The notes under the pieces are model-generated. The model searched no databases and was not told the DNA's origin. It saw only the letters and a program-made list of their open reading frames with translations. From assembly GCA_021805865.1 (NCBI GenBank), contig JAJZDX010000011.1, positions 1,082 through 65,081 on the forward strand: 64,000 bases of DNA, given 5' to 3'. Made by a program: the position numbers and the translations under genes. Shown in pieces: positions 29,281-38,602 of this stretch; the first letter of the stretch is position 1, and each line of letters starts with the position of its first letter. Origin of the DNA: Pseudomonadota bacterium. Lineage in GTDB: Bacteria; Pseudomonadota; Gammaproteobacteria; Steroidobacterales; Steroidobacteraceae.

Positions 29281-30105
29281 ATGCAACCCCTACCGTCCCC
29301 CCCCCCGGACTACCGCACGCTGCTCGACTATCGGGCGCCCGAGGATCTTCTCGCCGGCCGGGTCATCCTGGTCACCGGCGCCGCCCAAGGCATCGGTCGC
29401 GCCGTGGCCTTGCGCTACGCGCGCCACGGCGCCACGCTGGTGCTGCTCGACTGGGATCGGAAGGGGCTCGAGAGCCTGAACGACGAGATCCTTGCGCAGG
29501 GCCGCGGCGAGGCGCTGCTGTGCCCGGCGGACCTGTCCGGCATCACCATCGTGGGCCTGCGCGAGATCGCCGATCACATCGGCCAGCGCCTCGGCCGCCT
29601 GGACGGCCTGCTCAATAATGCGGCCTGGATCGGGGCGCTCGCGCCCTTCGAGCACTACCCGCCGGCGACCTGGACCAAGGTCATGAACATCAACATGGCG
29701 GCGCCGTTCTTCCTCACGCAATGGTGCATGCCGCTGCTGCACAAAGCGGATGATCCGGTGGTGGGATTTTCCCTTCAGGAGGCCAGCCGGGCCTATTGGG
29801 GCGGGTTCGCTCTGGCCAAGGCGGCACAGGAGGCGCTGATCGGTGTGCTGGCGGACGAGTACCACGCCCGGAGTGCGCATCCGGTGCGGCTCTTCGGCAT
29901 CGATACCGGACCGGTCATGACCCCGGGACGGCGCCTGCATTACCCGGGCGAGACGGTCGACGCGCATCCGCAGCCCGAGCACGTCACCGGACCCTACCTG
30001 TACGCCATGGGGCCTGAGGCGCGCGGGCACAGCCCGCTGCTGCTGCGCGTGCCCCCCGGAAAGGGCGCTCAAGCCCCCGCTCATTCCGGGGACCCCGGCG
30101 CGTAG
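29281..30105 (+). CDS. Short-chain dehydrogenase/reductase (YciK-like)
   Basis: VILVTGAAQGIGRAVA (TGxxxGxG), NNAA motif (LLNNAAWIG), catalytic region ..YWGGFALAKAA... Confidence 0.8.
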   Translation: MQPLPSPPPDYRTLLDYRAPEDLLAGRVILVTGAAQGIGRAVALRYARHGATLVLLDWDRKGLESLNDEILAQGRGEALLCPADLSGITIVGLREIADHIGQRLGRLDGLLNNAAWIGALAPFEHYPPATWTKVMNINMAAPFFLTQWCMPLLHKADDPVVGFSLQEASRAYWGGFALAKAAQEALIGVLADEYHARSAHPVRLFGIDTGPVMTPGRRLHYPGETVDAHPQPEHVTGPYLYAMGPEARGHSPLLLRVPPGKGAQAPAHSGDPGA

Positions 30106-30167
30106 ACACCTCGCCCTCCCCGGCGGGTGCAGCGGCCGTCACACCCATCCGGCTTTGCGGTACGATA

Positions 30168-30191
30168 CGCTATATTTGCAGGAATATAGCG
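30168..30191. promoter_or_regulatory. ModE-type Mo-box upstream of the ModA-like gene
   Basis: CGCTATAT-ttgcagga-ATATAGCG: perfect 8-bp inverted arms, 8-nt spacer, ending 16 nt before the TTG start at 30207. Same geometry as the E. coli modA operator as I recall it. Confidence 0.65.
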
Positions 30192-30206
30192 AAACGGGAG
30201 CATGCC

Positions 30207-31076
30207 TTGTCCGCCGCCCGCTCCATGACCGTCACGATGCTGGGTGCCATCGTGCTGCTGTCCGCCCAAGCCGCCCGCGCCCGGGCTGACGTCAATGTGC
30301 TTTACGCCGGCTCCCTGGTCAATCTGATGGAGCGCCACCTCGGCCCGGCCTTCGATCGTGCGAGCGGCGAGCACTTCCGCGGCTATGCGGGCGGCTCGAA
30401 GCTGCTCGCCAACGAGATCCGCGGACACCTGCGGCGGGCTGACGTGTTCGTGAGCGCCGCGCCGTCGGTCAATCGGATGCTCATGGGGCGGCGCCACGGC
30501 AACTGGATCCGCTGCTATATCACCTTCGCACGATCATCGCTGGTGATCGGCTACGATCCTTCGAGCCGTTTCGCCGCGGCGTTCAGGACCCGCCCGTGGT
30601 ACCGGGTGTTGGAGATGCCCGGCATCCGCCTGGGACGCACGGACCCCAGGCTCGATCCCAAGGGCGCTCTGACGATTCGACTGATGCGCCGGGCGCAGAG
30701 GTATTATCACCTTCCGGGACTGGCGAATCGGGTGCTCGGCTCGCCCGAGAACCCCGCCCAGGTGCTGCCGGAGGAAGCGCTGGTCGGACGTCTGCAGTCA
30801 GGACAGCTCGACGCCGGTATTTTCTATTCGACCGAGACCTCGGAGGCGCACATCCCGGCGATCCGCCTGCCGACGGCCATCACGCCGAAGGCGCTCTATA
30901 CCATCGCCATCGTGCGCAACGCACCGGATCCGCGCGCCGCCGAGGCGTTCATGAGCTTCCTGCTCGGTCCCCGGGGCCGGCGCCTGATGAAGGAGAACGG
31001 CCTCACGCTGCAACGCCCCGTGATCGCGGGCAATACGCGCTCGCTGCCGGCGAAGATTCGGGCGCTGTTAAAATAA
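30207..31076 (+). CDS. modA: Periplasmic molybdate/tungstate-type binding protein (ModA/WtpA-like)
   Basis: GGGAG 6 nt before TTG 30207. Signal ..MLGAIVLLSAQAARA. VLYAGSLVNLME....YAGGSKLLANEI....ADVFVSAAPSVN resembles the ModA/WtpA class. Mo-box immediately upstream. Confidence 0.65.
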   Translation: MSAARSMTVTMLGAIVLLSAQAARARADVNVLYAGSLVNLMERHLGPAFDRASGEHFRGYAGGSKLLANEIRGHLRRADVFVSAAPSVNRMLMGRRHGNWIRCYITFARSSLVIGYDPSSRFAAAFRTRPWYRVLEMPGIRLGRTDPRLDPKGALTIRLMRRAQRYYHLPGLANRVLGSPENPAQVLPEEALVGRLQSGQLDAGIFYSTETSEAHIPAIRLPTAITPKALYTIAIVRNAPDPRAAEAFMSFLLGPRGRRLMKENGLTLQRPVIAGNTRSLPAKIRALLK

Positions 31077-31080
31077 CTTC

Positions 31081-32901
31081 ATGAATCGCAAAGTGGCCTC
31101 GCCCCTGCCTTGGCTCGCGGGGCTGCTCGCGGTGTATCTCATCGCGCCGCTCGTGGCCGGTGTGCAGCAGGCCGCCTCGGCCCGCTGGAGCGCGGTCGAC
31201 TACCCGGCCCTCGTGCACGCCTGCGAGGTCTCCCTTGCCAGCGCCACGACCGCTACCGCCCTGGTGGCGCTCCTTGGCATTCCGCTCGGGTATCTCCTGG
31301 CGCGCTTGCGAGGGCGGGCCATGGCGCTGCTCGGTTTTCTGGTGCAGCTTCCGCTTGCCCTGCCGCCGCTTGCAAGCGGCGTGCTGCTCCTGTTCCTGCT
31401 CGGCTACGACTCCCCGTTGGGCCGGCTCACGGACGGCGCGCTGACCGACTCGTTCGCGGGCATCGTTCTGGCCGAGGCCTTCGTGTCGGCTCCGTTCGTG
31501 ATCATCGCGGCGCGCTCGGCGTTCGCCGCCATGGATCCTGCGATGGAGGATGTGGCGGCAACCCTCGGCCGCACGCCGTTCGAGGTGTTCTGGCGGGTGA
31601 GCCTGCCGGTGGCGCGGCCGTCGCTCCTGGCGGGACTGCTGCTCGCCTGGCTGCGCGCCTTCGGCGAGTTCGGCGCCACCGTCATGGTCGCCTACCACCC
31701 CTACTCGCTGCCCGTCTATACCTACGTCGCCTTCGGCGCGCAGGGGCTGCCGGCCATGCTGCCCGTGTTGTTGCCGGCGCTGGTACTGGCGCTCGCGGTC
31801 ATGGCGCTGAGCGGCACCGTGGGCACGCGCGGCGCCAGAGGCGCGACGCCGGTGCGCCCGCAGGCCTCGTTTGCGGCGAGCCGACCTGCGCCTCGCAGGA
31901 TCGGGGCTTCGCAGGCGCTGCAACTGGCCATCGATGTCGAGAAGCATCTGGACGGCTTTCATCTTGCGCTCGCGTGGCAACCCCGTTCGCGCCGGCTCGC
32001 GATTCTCGGCTCTTCCGGCTCGGGCAAGTCATTGACCCTGAAGCTGATCGCCGGGCTCGCGCGCCCCGACCGGGCCACGATCAGGATCGGCGGACGGGAT
32101 CTGTCGCATCACGAGCCGGCCGCACGGGCAGTGGCCTACGTGCCGCAAAGCTATGGCCTGTTTCCGCACCTGGATCTGGCCGCCCAGCTACGTTTCCCGG
32201 TGGGCGCCGATCGCGCGGCGGCGGCCCATTGGATTGAGCGGCTCGGCCTCCTCGGCCTGGAGCACCGCCGGCCGGGCGAGCTTTCCCTCGGACAGCAGCA
32301 GCGCGTCGCGCTCGCACGGGCGCTCGTCAGGCCGGCGGATCTGCTGCTGCTCGATGAGCCCTTCTCAGCGCTCGATACGCCGCGGCGTGTGGCGCTTCGC
32401 CGGGAGCTCCTCGCCCTGCAGGGGGAATTCGCTGGCATCACCCTGCTGGTCACCCACGACCCGCAGGAGGCGGCTCTGCTGGCCGATGAGATCCTCATTC
32501 TCGAGAGCGGCCGGCCGCTGCAGACGGGCCTCACCCAGGACCTCTTCCGCCGGCCTGTCAACGAGCTTGCCGCGCGGCTGCTCGGCGCCGACAACGCGGC
32601 CGAAGGCCGCGCGGAGGGCAATCGCATCGATGTGGGCAACGGCGCCCGCGTCGCCGTGTCCGGTCCGCTGCTTGGAGCCGGCCGCGTCGGCTGGAGCATT
32701 CCGCCGGATCGGACGTGGATCAGTCCGGCCGGAGCCCACGAAGGGGTCGTGGAGGCTGTCCATGGCGGACCGGAGCCCCAGCTGCTGCTGCGTTTCGGCG
32801 CCACACGCATCCGAGTGACCGGCGGAGGGAGTCTCGCACCCGGCCAGGTCTGCCGCTTCGACATCGATTCCGAGCGGATCCAGGTCTGGCCGCTCGGCTG
32901 A
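31081..32901 (+). CDS. Fused ABC permease-ATPase (ModB-ModC-like) with C-terminal TOBE-like domain
   Basis: N-terminal ~270 aa polytopic permease with EAA-type loop (EDVAATLGRTPFEVFWRVSLPVARPSL). Then Walker A GSSGSGKS, signature LSLGQQQRVALARAL, Walker B LLLLDEPFSALD, and a ~110-aa tail. Confidence 0.8.
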   Translation: MNRKVASPLPWLAGLLAVYLIAPLVAGVQQAASARWSAVDYPALVHACEVSLASATTATALVALLGIPLGYLLARLRGRAMALLGFLVQLPLALPPLASGVLLLFLLGYDSPLGRLTDGALTDSFAGIVLAEAFVSAPFVIIAARSAFAAMDPAMEDVAATLGRTPFEVFWRVSLPVARPSLLAGLLLAWLRAFGEFGATVMVAYHPYSLPVYTYVAFGAQGLPAMLPVLLPALVLALAVMALSGTVGTRGARGATPVRPQASFAASRPAPRRIGASQALQLAIDVEKHLDGFHLALAWQPRSRRLAILGSSGSGKSLTLKLIAGLARPDRATIRIGGRDLSHHEPAARAVAYVPQSYGLFPHLDLAAQLRFPVGADRAAAAHWIERLGLLGLEHRRPGELSLGQQQRVALARALVRPADLLLLDEPFSALDTPRRVALRRELLALQGEFAGITLLVTHDPQEAALLADEILILESGRPLQTGLTQDLFRRPVNELAARLLGADNAAEGRAEGNRIDVGNGARVAVSGPLLGAGRVGWSIPPDRTWISPAGAHEGVVEAVHGGPEPQLLLRFGATRIRVTGGGSLAPGQVCRFDIDSERIQVWPLG

Positions 32902-32954
32902 GCGGCCCTCTTTGCGCTCTGAGCCTGCGCCGGTTGCGGATCCGCGCCGCACTT

Positions 32955-32978
32955 CGTTATATTCATCCCAATATCACG
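32955..32978. promoter_or_regulatory. Second ModE-type Mo-box, upstream of the TonB-dependent receptor
   Basis: CGTTATAT-tcatccca-ATATCACG: same 8+8+8 geometry, 7/8 arm complementarity, ending 17 nt before ATG 32996. Confidence 0.6.
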
Positions 32979-32995
32979 AATAATCGAGGTCTCGC

Positions 32996-35563
32996 ATGCC
33001 GCGCCCGCGCCCCCGAAGAATGGCCCGCGCCTTTGCAATCGCAACGGGCGTGGCGCTGGCATTGCCGGGCTGCGCCGTCGCACGCGCGCAATCCGGCACC
33101 GACGGGCCCTCCGCCAGGACGCAAGGCATACCGCACTCGCCGTCCAGCGCGCTTCACGAGGTGGTCGTGCTCGGCAGCCGCGAGCCCGGCATCACGGCGG
33201 CCGATAGTGCGGCTCCCGTGCAGATAATCGGCGCACACGCGCTCGAGACGGCCGCGGGCAACCCGAGCCTCATGTCGGCGCTCGCGCAGACCGTCCCTTC
33301 GTTCACGCTGCAGACGTTCGGCAACGACATGGCCGGCCAGACCCTGCAGGCGAAACTGCGGGGTCTTTCGTGCAACGACACGCTGGTGCTCGTGAACGGC
33401 AAACGGCGGCACACGACCGCCAACATCGAGGTCGACAGCGGACCGTTCCAGGGCTGTGCCGGCGCCGACCTCGACTTCATTCCGGTGGCCGCCATCAGGC
33501 GCATCGAGGTGCTGACTGACGCAGCGGCCGCCCAGTACGGCAGCGGCGCCATCGCCGGCGTCATCGACATCATCCTCAAGAACGACCCCTCCGGGGGGAG
33601 CCTCTCCGGAACCTACGGGGGATACCTGGACGGCGGCGGCGTCACCGGCGAGGTGTCCGTGCACGCCGGATTCGAGCCCATCGAGCACGGCTACTTCGAC
33701 CTGACGGGCGAGTCGCACCACCACGGCAGCAGCAATCGCAGCGCGATCGATGAGCGGGTCGTCAATCCCGCCAATCTCGCGACGTATCCCGACTCGAACA
33801 TGACGCAGGCCCCGGGATACCCTTACCTCGGCGCCGAGGAAGGCGACGGAAATTACGACCTGAAGACCTTCGCGCTCAACGCCGGCTTCCCGCTCCGCCG
33901 GATCGACTTCTATGTCTTCGGCACCTATGGGGTCAAGGATGCGCAGTCGTTCCAGAAGTATCGCCTGCCCGACAAGGTCGCCTACACGGACCCGAGCACC
34001 GGCGTGACCACCTATCCCTTCCCCTTCGGCTTCGTGCCGCTTGAGGCGAGCCGCGAGACCGATTACTCCGGGACCGCGGGACTGAAGGGCCTGCTCGATC
34101 ACTGGCTGTGGGATCTCAGCAGCACCTATGGACGGGATCACTTCAATGCCTACACGCTCGACTCCGCGAACTCGGGAATCTACGACAGCACCGGCCATCC
34201 GACGCCGAGCAACTACTACGACGGCTACCTGCAAACGACCCAGTGGACCTCCAACCTCGACGTGAACCGGAACTTCGACATCGGCCTCCCGGGGCCGCTG
34301 AATGTCGCATACGGCCTGGAATACCGCCGTGACAGCTACGGCATCGGAGCCGGCATTCCGATCTCGTACCTCGACGGCGGCGCGCAAGCCTATCCCGGCT
34401 TCACACCGACCGACGCCGGCACGCACCATCGGGACGTCGAGGCCGTCTATGTCGATCTCGCCGCACAGCCCTTGGAAGCGCTGCGGGTCGATCTCGCCGG
34501 ACGCTTCGATCACTTCAGCGACTTCGGCAGCACGATGGTCGGTGAGCTCACCGCGCGATACGAGCTCACGCCGCGGCTTGCGGTGCGTGGCACGGTGAGC
34601 AGCGGCTTTCGGGCCCCGACGCTCGCCGAAGAGTACTACTCCTCGACCAACGTCACGCCAACGAGCGCATTCGTGCAGCTGCCCCCGAACTCTCCCGGCG
34701 GGCGGCTCATCGGCCTGGGCAACGGGCTCAAGCCCGAGCATTCGGTCAATTTCAGCATCGGCCTGGTGTGGCATCCCCTGCCAAAGGTCATCGGCACGCT
34801 CGATCTTTATCAGATCAACATCACCAATCGCATCGTCGCGACGGGTGACCTCTATGGAACGCTGAACGGGGTGGCGCAGCCGGCGGCCGCGGCCATCAAT
34901 GCGGCGATCGCGGCCAACGGCAATCAGCTCGATCCCTCGGTGCTCGCGACCGGCACGACCGGTGTGACCCTGTTCGCCAACGGCATCGATACGAGCACGC
35001 AGGGCGCGGACCTCGTGTTCGACATTCCTCAGTCGTACCCCTTTGGACGCATCGACTGGTCGATCGGCGGCACCTTCAATCGAACCCTCGTGACGAAGGT
35101 GCCGGCCGGGCCCGCATCGCTCGCCGGGCAAACGCTCTATGACGCAACGGCCATTTCGGATCTCACCGCGGCGAGCCCCCGGTACGTACTCGATCTCGGC
35201 GGCTCATGGACGCACGGTAAGCTCCGGGTGCATCTCGAGGAGCAGGTCTACGGGCAGAGTTCGGAGTGGGAGAACGACGACGGCGACAATCCCTCGAACG
35301 TTCCCGAATACTTCCAGACCACGATCGGCGTCACGCCGATCACCGACCTCGAGGTGGCGTATCGGTTCCTCGAGCACTTCACCTTGAGCGCCGGGGCGAT
35401 AAACCTGTTCAATCGGTATCCGAACCGCTACAACGCGACCCTGCTCGCCCACTACGACAACTTCAAATACGGCGACACGCTCGGCGTGTTCCAGTACCCG
35501 ATGTTCTCGCCCTTCGGCATCGACGGGGGGTACTACTACGTGAGGGGCACGATCCGGTTCTGA
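32996..35563 (+). CDS. TonB-dependent outer-membrane receptor (no STN domain)
   Basis: 855 aa. Signal peptide, plug (..LVLVNGKRR.., IEVLTDAAAAQYGSGAIAGVIDIILK), 22-strand-sized barrel, terminal ..YYYVRGTIRF. Confidence 0.85.
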   Translation: MPRPRPRRMARAFAIATGVALALPGCAVARAQSGTDGPSARTQGIPHSPSSALHEVVVLGSREPGITAADSAAPVQIIGAHALETAAGNPSLMSALAQTVPSFTLQTFGNDMAGQTLQAKLRGLSCNDTLVLVNGKRRHTTANIEVDSGPFQGCAGADLDFIPVAAIRRIEVLTDAAAAQYGSGAIAGVIDIILKNDPSGGSLSGTYGGYLDGGGVTGEVSVHAGFEPIEHGYFDLTGESHHHGSSNRSAIDERVVNPANLATYPDSNMTQAPGYPYLGAEEGDGNYDLKTFALNAGFPLRRIDFYVFGTYGVKDAQSFQKYRLPDKVAYTDPSTGVTTYPFPFGFVPLEASRETDYSGTAGLKGLLDHWLWDLSSTYGRDHFNAYTLDSANSGIYDSTGHPTPSNYYDGYLQTTQWTSNLDVNRNFDIGLPGPLNVAYGLEYRRDSYGIGAGIPISYLDGGAQAYPGFTPTDAGTHHRDVEAVYVDLAAQPLEALRVDLAGRFDHFSDFGSTMVGELTARYELTPRLAVRGTVSSGFRAPTLAEEYYSSTNVTPTSAFVQLPPNSPGGRLIGLGNGLKPEHSVNFSIGLVWHPLPKVIGTLDLYQINITNRIVATGDLYGTLNGVAQPAAAAINAAIAANGNQLDPSVLATGTTGVTLFANGIDTSTQGADLVFDIPQSYPFGRIDWSIGGTFNRTLVTKVPAGPASLAGQTLYDATAISDLTAASPRYVLDLGGSWTHGKLRVHLEEQVYGQSSEWENDDGDNPSNVPEYFQTTIGVTPITDLEVAYRFLEHFTLSAGAINLFNRYPNRYNATLLAHYDNFKYGDTLGVFQYPMFSPFGIDGGYYYVRGTIRF

Positions 35564-35593
35564 GCGCGGACTGCCGGCAACCGCCGGGGTCGC

Positions 35594-36429
35594 TCACCTC
35601 CCGATTCGCTCCATCGCCAGCCAGGGCCTGCCCCGGTAGCTCTCCGCCACGAGCCACGCTGCGACGGTCATCGTCCAGGAGTCCCCGAGCTCGCCCCACT
35701 GGCCGGCGCTGATGTGCCCGGTCAGCGCAAAGGGCGCCCACACCAGCAGCGTGAAGAGCCCCATCTGCACGGCTGCAAGCGTAGCGGCCAGGCGCGCCAG
35801 CACTCCGCTGAGCACGGCTGCGGCCGCAGCGAGGTACGCGGCACCAAAGAAAGACGCCCAGAACACGTGCGCCGGCAGCCAACCCGGCACCAGCAGCGCG
35901 GTGTAGCCCAGATAGGCGAAATGGGACAGGCCGAAGGCAATCAGGGCGAGGGCATAGAGCAGCCTGGCCAGGCGCACGCCGCCCTCACCCGCCGCAAACT
36001 CGAGCCACCGGATGTCCCAGCCGGTCGTGAGCCACGTATACAGCACCCAGGCCCCCGCGACCAATACCACGGTCTCCCCGGCGCTTTCATAGTTCACCTC
36101 CACCATCGGCGAGGCGATGATGTAGGGCACCTTGATCAGCAGCAGCCACAGGAGCAGATAGGCGAGCAGCGCAGCGGAAGCGACGGCGCGGCGCCCCTCA
36201 AGAGCAGACCCACGCCACAGACGAGGGAGAGGCAGGCACAGACATAGGCGAGCACATCGCGTGCAGGCAAGCCCTGCGGAACGCCTTCCCAGATCCCGGC
36301 GAAGCGACCCGTAACCAGACCTGAAAGGCCAAGGACGATCAACGTCACCGCAAGGAGCGCATGGCCCGCACTTGCGATACGGGTCCCGCCTCCGGCGACT
36401 GCAGCGGCATGCTTGCTTGCCGAGCTCAT
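35594..36429 (-). pseudogene. DoxX-like polytopic membrane protein, apparent frameshift
   Basis: N-terminal part in ORF 36136-36429 (..HALLAVTLIVLGLSGLVTGRFAGIWEGVPQGLPARDVLAYVCACLSLVCGVGLLLRG). The remainder is in the frame of ORF 35594-36439 (VASAALLAYLLLWLLLIKVPYIIAS...WGELGDSW..AESYRG). The frames switch around 36150-36200, next to a G4 run. Confidence 0.55.
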
Positions 36430-36528
36430 GGAGCCTCACTTCGCGCTGTCACGGTCACGGTCACGTACGAGTCCCCCCCCCACGCCCGGCCTGCCCGCCG
36501 CATTCCCCCTGACGCCGGCCATCGCCGC

Positions 36529-37281
36529 TCACGAAGCCCAGCGGACGTCCGGCAGGCCCTGCACGAGCAGCATGACCGCGATGAGGAGTATCCCAAGGTT
36601 GACGAGCCGGGAGAACGAGCGGGCGTCGATGCGGCCGTTCATCGCTCTGCCCAGCAACGTAGCCACGAGCACTCCGGGCAACGACATCAGATAATAGCGC
36701 GTCACGTCCGCCCTCCACAGCCCCGCCAGCCAGTAGCCCGCCATGGATATCATGCTGGCCGGGAGAAAGTAGCCCTGCAGGGTTGCGCGAAAGCGCTGAG
36801 GCGACCACCCGCGAAGCGTGCCATACATCACGAGCAGCGGCCCATTCATCCCGAAGGCGCCCCCGAGCATGCCCGCGCACAGACCGAACGGCCAGGCCAG
36901 CCGGTCGTCCGTGAGCACCGCCCGCTTGCGAGACAACAGGAGGTATGCCGAGAAGCCCGCCAGGAGCAGGCCGAGGCACGCCTTCGCGACTCCCGGTTGC
37001 ACCCGTGTCAGAAGAAGCAGCCCCAGGGGCGTACCGATCAGCGTGGAGGCCACCAGCCAGCCCGCGCTGCGCACATGCACCTGGCGCCAGTCCTGGATCA
37101 AAACGACGGCGGCCACGGTGATGGAGACCAACACCACGATGGGGACGGCCGCTGGTATCGGAAGGAGGAGCGCAAGGAGGGGCACGGCGATCAATGCCTC
37201 GCCAAAGCCAAGGCTCGAGCGCACCAGCGTCGCGAAAAACAGCACCGCCGGCACCTCGATCACAGTATCGCCTGCACTCAT
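36529..37281 (-). CDS. TSUP (TauE/SafE, DUF81) family anion exporter
   Basis: 250 aa, ~8 TM, duplicated 4-TM pattern with ..LGFGEALIAVPLL.. and ..GGAFGMNGPLLV.. motifs. Confidence 0.8.
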   Translation of the reverse strand: MSAGDTVIEVPAVLFFATLVRSSLGFGEALIAVPLLALLLPIPAAVPIVVLVSITVAAVVLIQDWRQVHVRSAGWLVASTLIGTPLGLLLLTRVQPGVAKACLGLLLAGFSAYLLLSRKRAVLTDDRLAWPFGLCAGMLGGAFGMNGPLLVMYGTLRGWSPQRFRATLQGYFLPASMISMAGYWLAGLWRADVTRYYLMSLPGVLVATLLGRAMNGRIDARSFSRLVNLGILLIAVMLLVQGLPDVRWAS

Positions 37282-37589
37282 CGCGCCCCGACTCCCCGAC
37301 TGAGCTCAACCCGATCGCGGCACCCGAGCCGGACGGAGGACTCCTCGATGGCGGCCTCCAGCGACCACCCAAGGGCGCCGCAGGCGGCGCATTCCTGCCC
37401 CACGATGACGCGGCCGCAATCAGGGCCGCCCGCTCGACTCGCCCGCCACGGGCGCAAGCGGACCCTCACCGTGTGGAGGGCGGAGCCTGGCGCCCAGTCA
37501 CCCCGGAGCTCGCGCCCCTTCCTCATCTGAACCGGACACTCCTCGGCTGCGCCGACCTCACCGAAGGCAAAGGCCGAGGAATCGGCCAC
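37278..37589 (-). CDS. Hypothetical small Cys-containing protein (weakly supported)
   Basis: GTG-initiated 103-codon frame whose stop overlaps the TSUP start (ATGA). About 80% of codons end in G/C by my count. No family recognised and the composition is Arg/Gly-rich. Confidence 0.25.
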   Translation of the reverse strand: MADSSAFAFGEVGAAEECPVQMRKGRELRGDWAPGSALHTVRVRLRPWRASRAGGPDCGRVIVGQECAACGALGWSLEAAIEESSVRLGCRDRVELSRGVGAR

Positions 37590-37640
37590 GACGGTCGCAC
37601 ACGCTGCATTTGCAGGGTGCGCAACGTCAAAGGCGGGAAT

Positions 37641-38363
37641 TCAGGTCTCCGGCGGATCCATCCGGCACACGCACAGCGACGTCCCGCGGATGTGGCTCAG
37701 GGATCTGAAGCGCCGATCGCTCCGATAGAACTCGTTCAGGGCGCGGGCGACGCCGGGAAAAACCGTGCCGTAATCGTGCCAGAGGACGGTTCCGCCCGGC
37801 CGGACCAGCTTGAGCGCAATCTCGGAATCATTGCGGACATACTCATATTCGTGGCACGCATCCACGAAAACCAGATCACACTGGCCGAACCACGGGGAGA
37901 AATCGTACGTCGCCGAGTCGCCATACAGTTGGACCACGTTCTTCATGTCCCTGCTCTTGGCGCCGGAGGTCTCTTTCATGATGTACTGAATGTCATATTT
38001 CCCGAGCGGCAGTTTCGCCGCGCCGATGTCCTGTGCGGGCAGATCAATCGTCACGATCTTTGCGCTCGAGCCGAGGTTCAGCGCAAGGTTGGCGGCCGAC
38101 CATCCATCAAATGTCCCGATTTCAAACACCGTGGCGGCGTTGAGTGCTTTCGCCAGGCTGAGTATGATCGCCTGCTCCAACAGACTCGTATTGCCGTTCA
38201 CCCGATCCAGATCGATCAAGGCGATCTGCACGGGATACTCGAGGATCGCGGACGCCGGGATATCGGGCACGAGCATTTCAGGCGGCGCCGCTCTGCGGCC
38301 AAATGGATTAGCCAGCCTTCTGCGACCGCCCTTGCCCGTAAAAGGGAACTTGATTGCATCCAT
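37641..38363 (-). CDS. Class I SAM-dependent (O-)methyltransferase, Methyltransf_24-like
   Basis: VFEIGTFDGWSA (motif I), ..VTIDL.., DLVFVDACHEYEYV..LVRPGGTVLWHDY. Lower GC than neighbours by eye. Confidence 0.75.
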   Translation of the reverse strand: MDAIKFPFTGKGGRRRLANPFGRRAAPPEMLVPDIPASAILEYPVQIALIDLDRVNGNTSLLEQAIILSLAKALNAATVFEIGTFDGWSAANLALNLGSSAKIVTIDLPAQDIGAAKLPLGKYDIQYIMKETSGAKSRDMKNVVQLYGDSATYDFSPWFGQCDLVFVDACHEYEYVRNDSEIALKLVRPGGTVLWHDYGTVFPGVARALNEFYRSDRRFRSLSHIRGTSLCVCRMDPPET

Positions 38364-38602
38364 AGCCGCCGACTCTCATGGGAAAAATTCAACGAGTATA
38401 GTCATACGTCCCGAAAATGCACACTTGCTCATCGAGGCCGATGTCCGGAACCGGCGTAACGGGGTGTCGCTGCCGCGCGGGCGCCGTGACGGCCGGCCCG
38501 CACGCGACCCGGCAGAATCGTGAGCCCGGCGAGTCGCGGCCCTCGCTCGGGGGCGCCGGCGTGAGGACGACTCGGCCATCGGGCAGCAAGGGCGCACACC
38601 GC

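Noticed and set aside
27891-29618. 575-aa ORF spanning petA antisense, the intergenic region and the SDR 5' end
   Set aside because: It crosses a promoter region, overlaps two well-supported genes and is Arg/Pro/Gly-rich. It is an artefact of GC content.
32963-35131. 722-aa ORF on the minus strand
   Set aside because: It is antisense to the TonB-dependent receptor, which has plug, barrel and terminal Phe. It is a shadow ORF.
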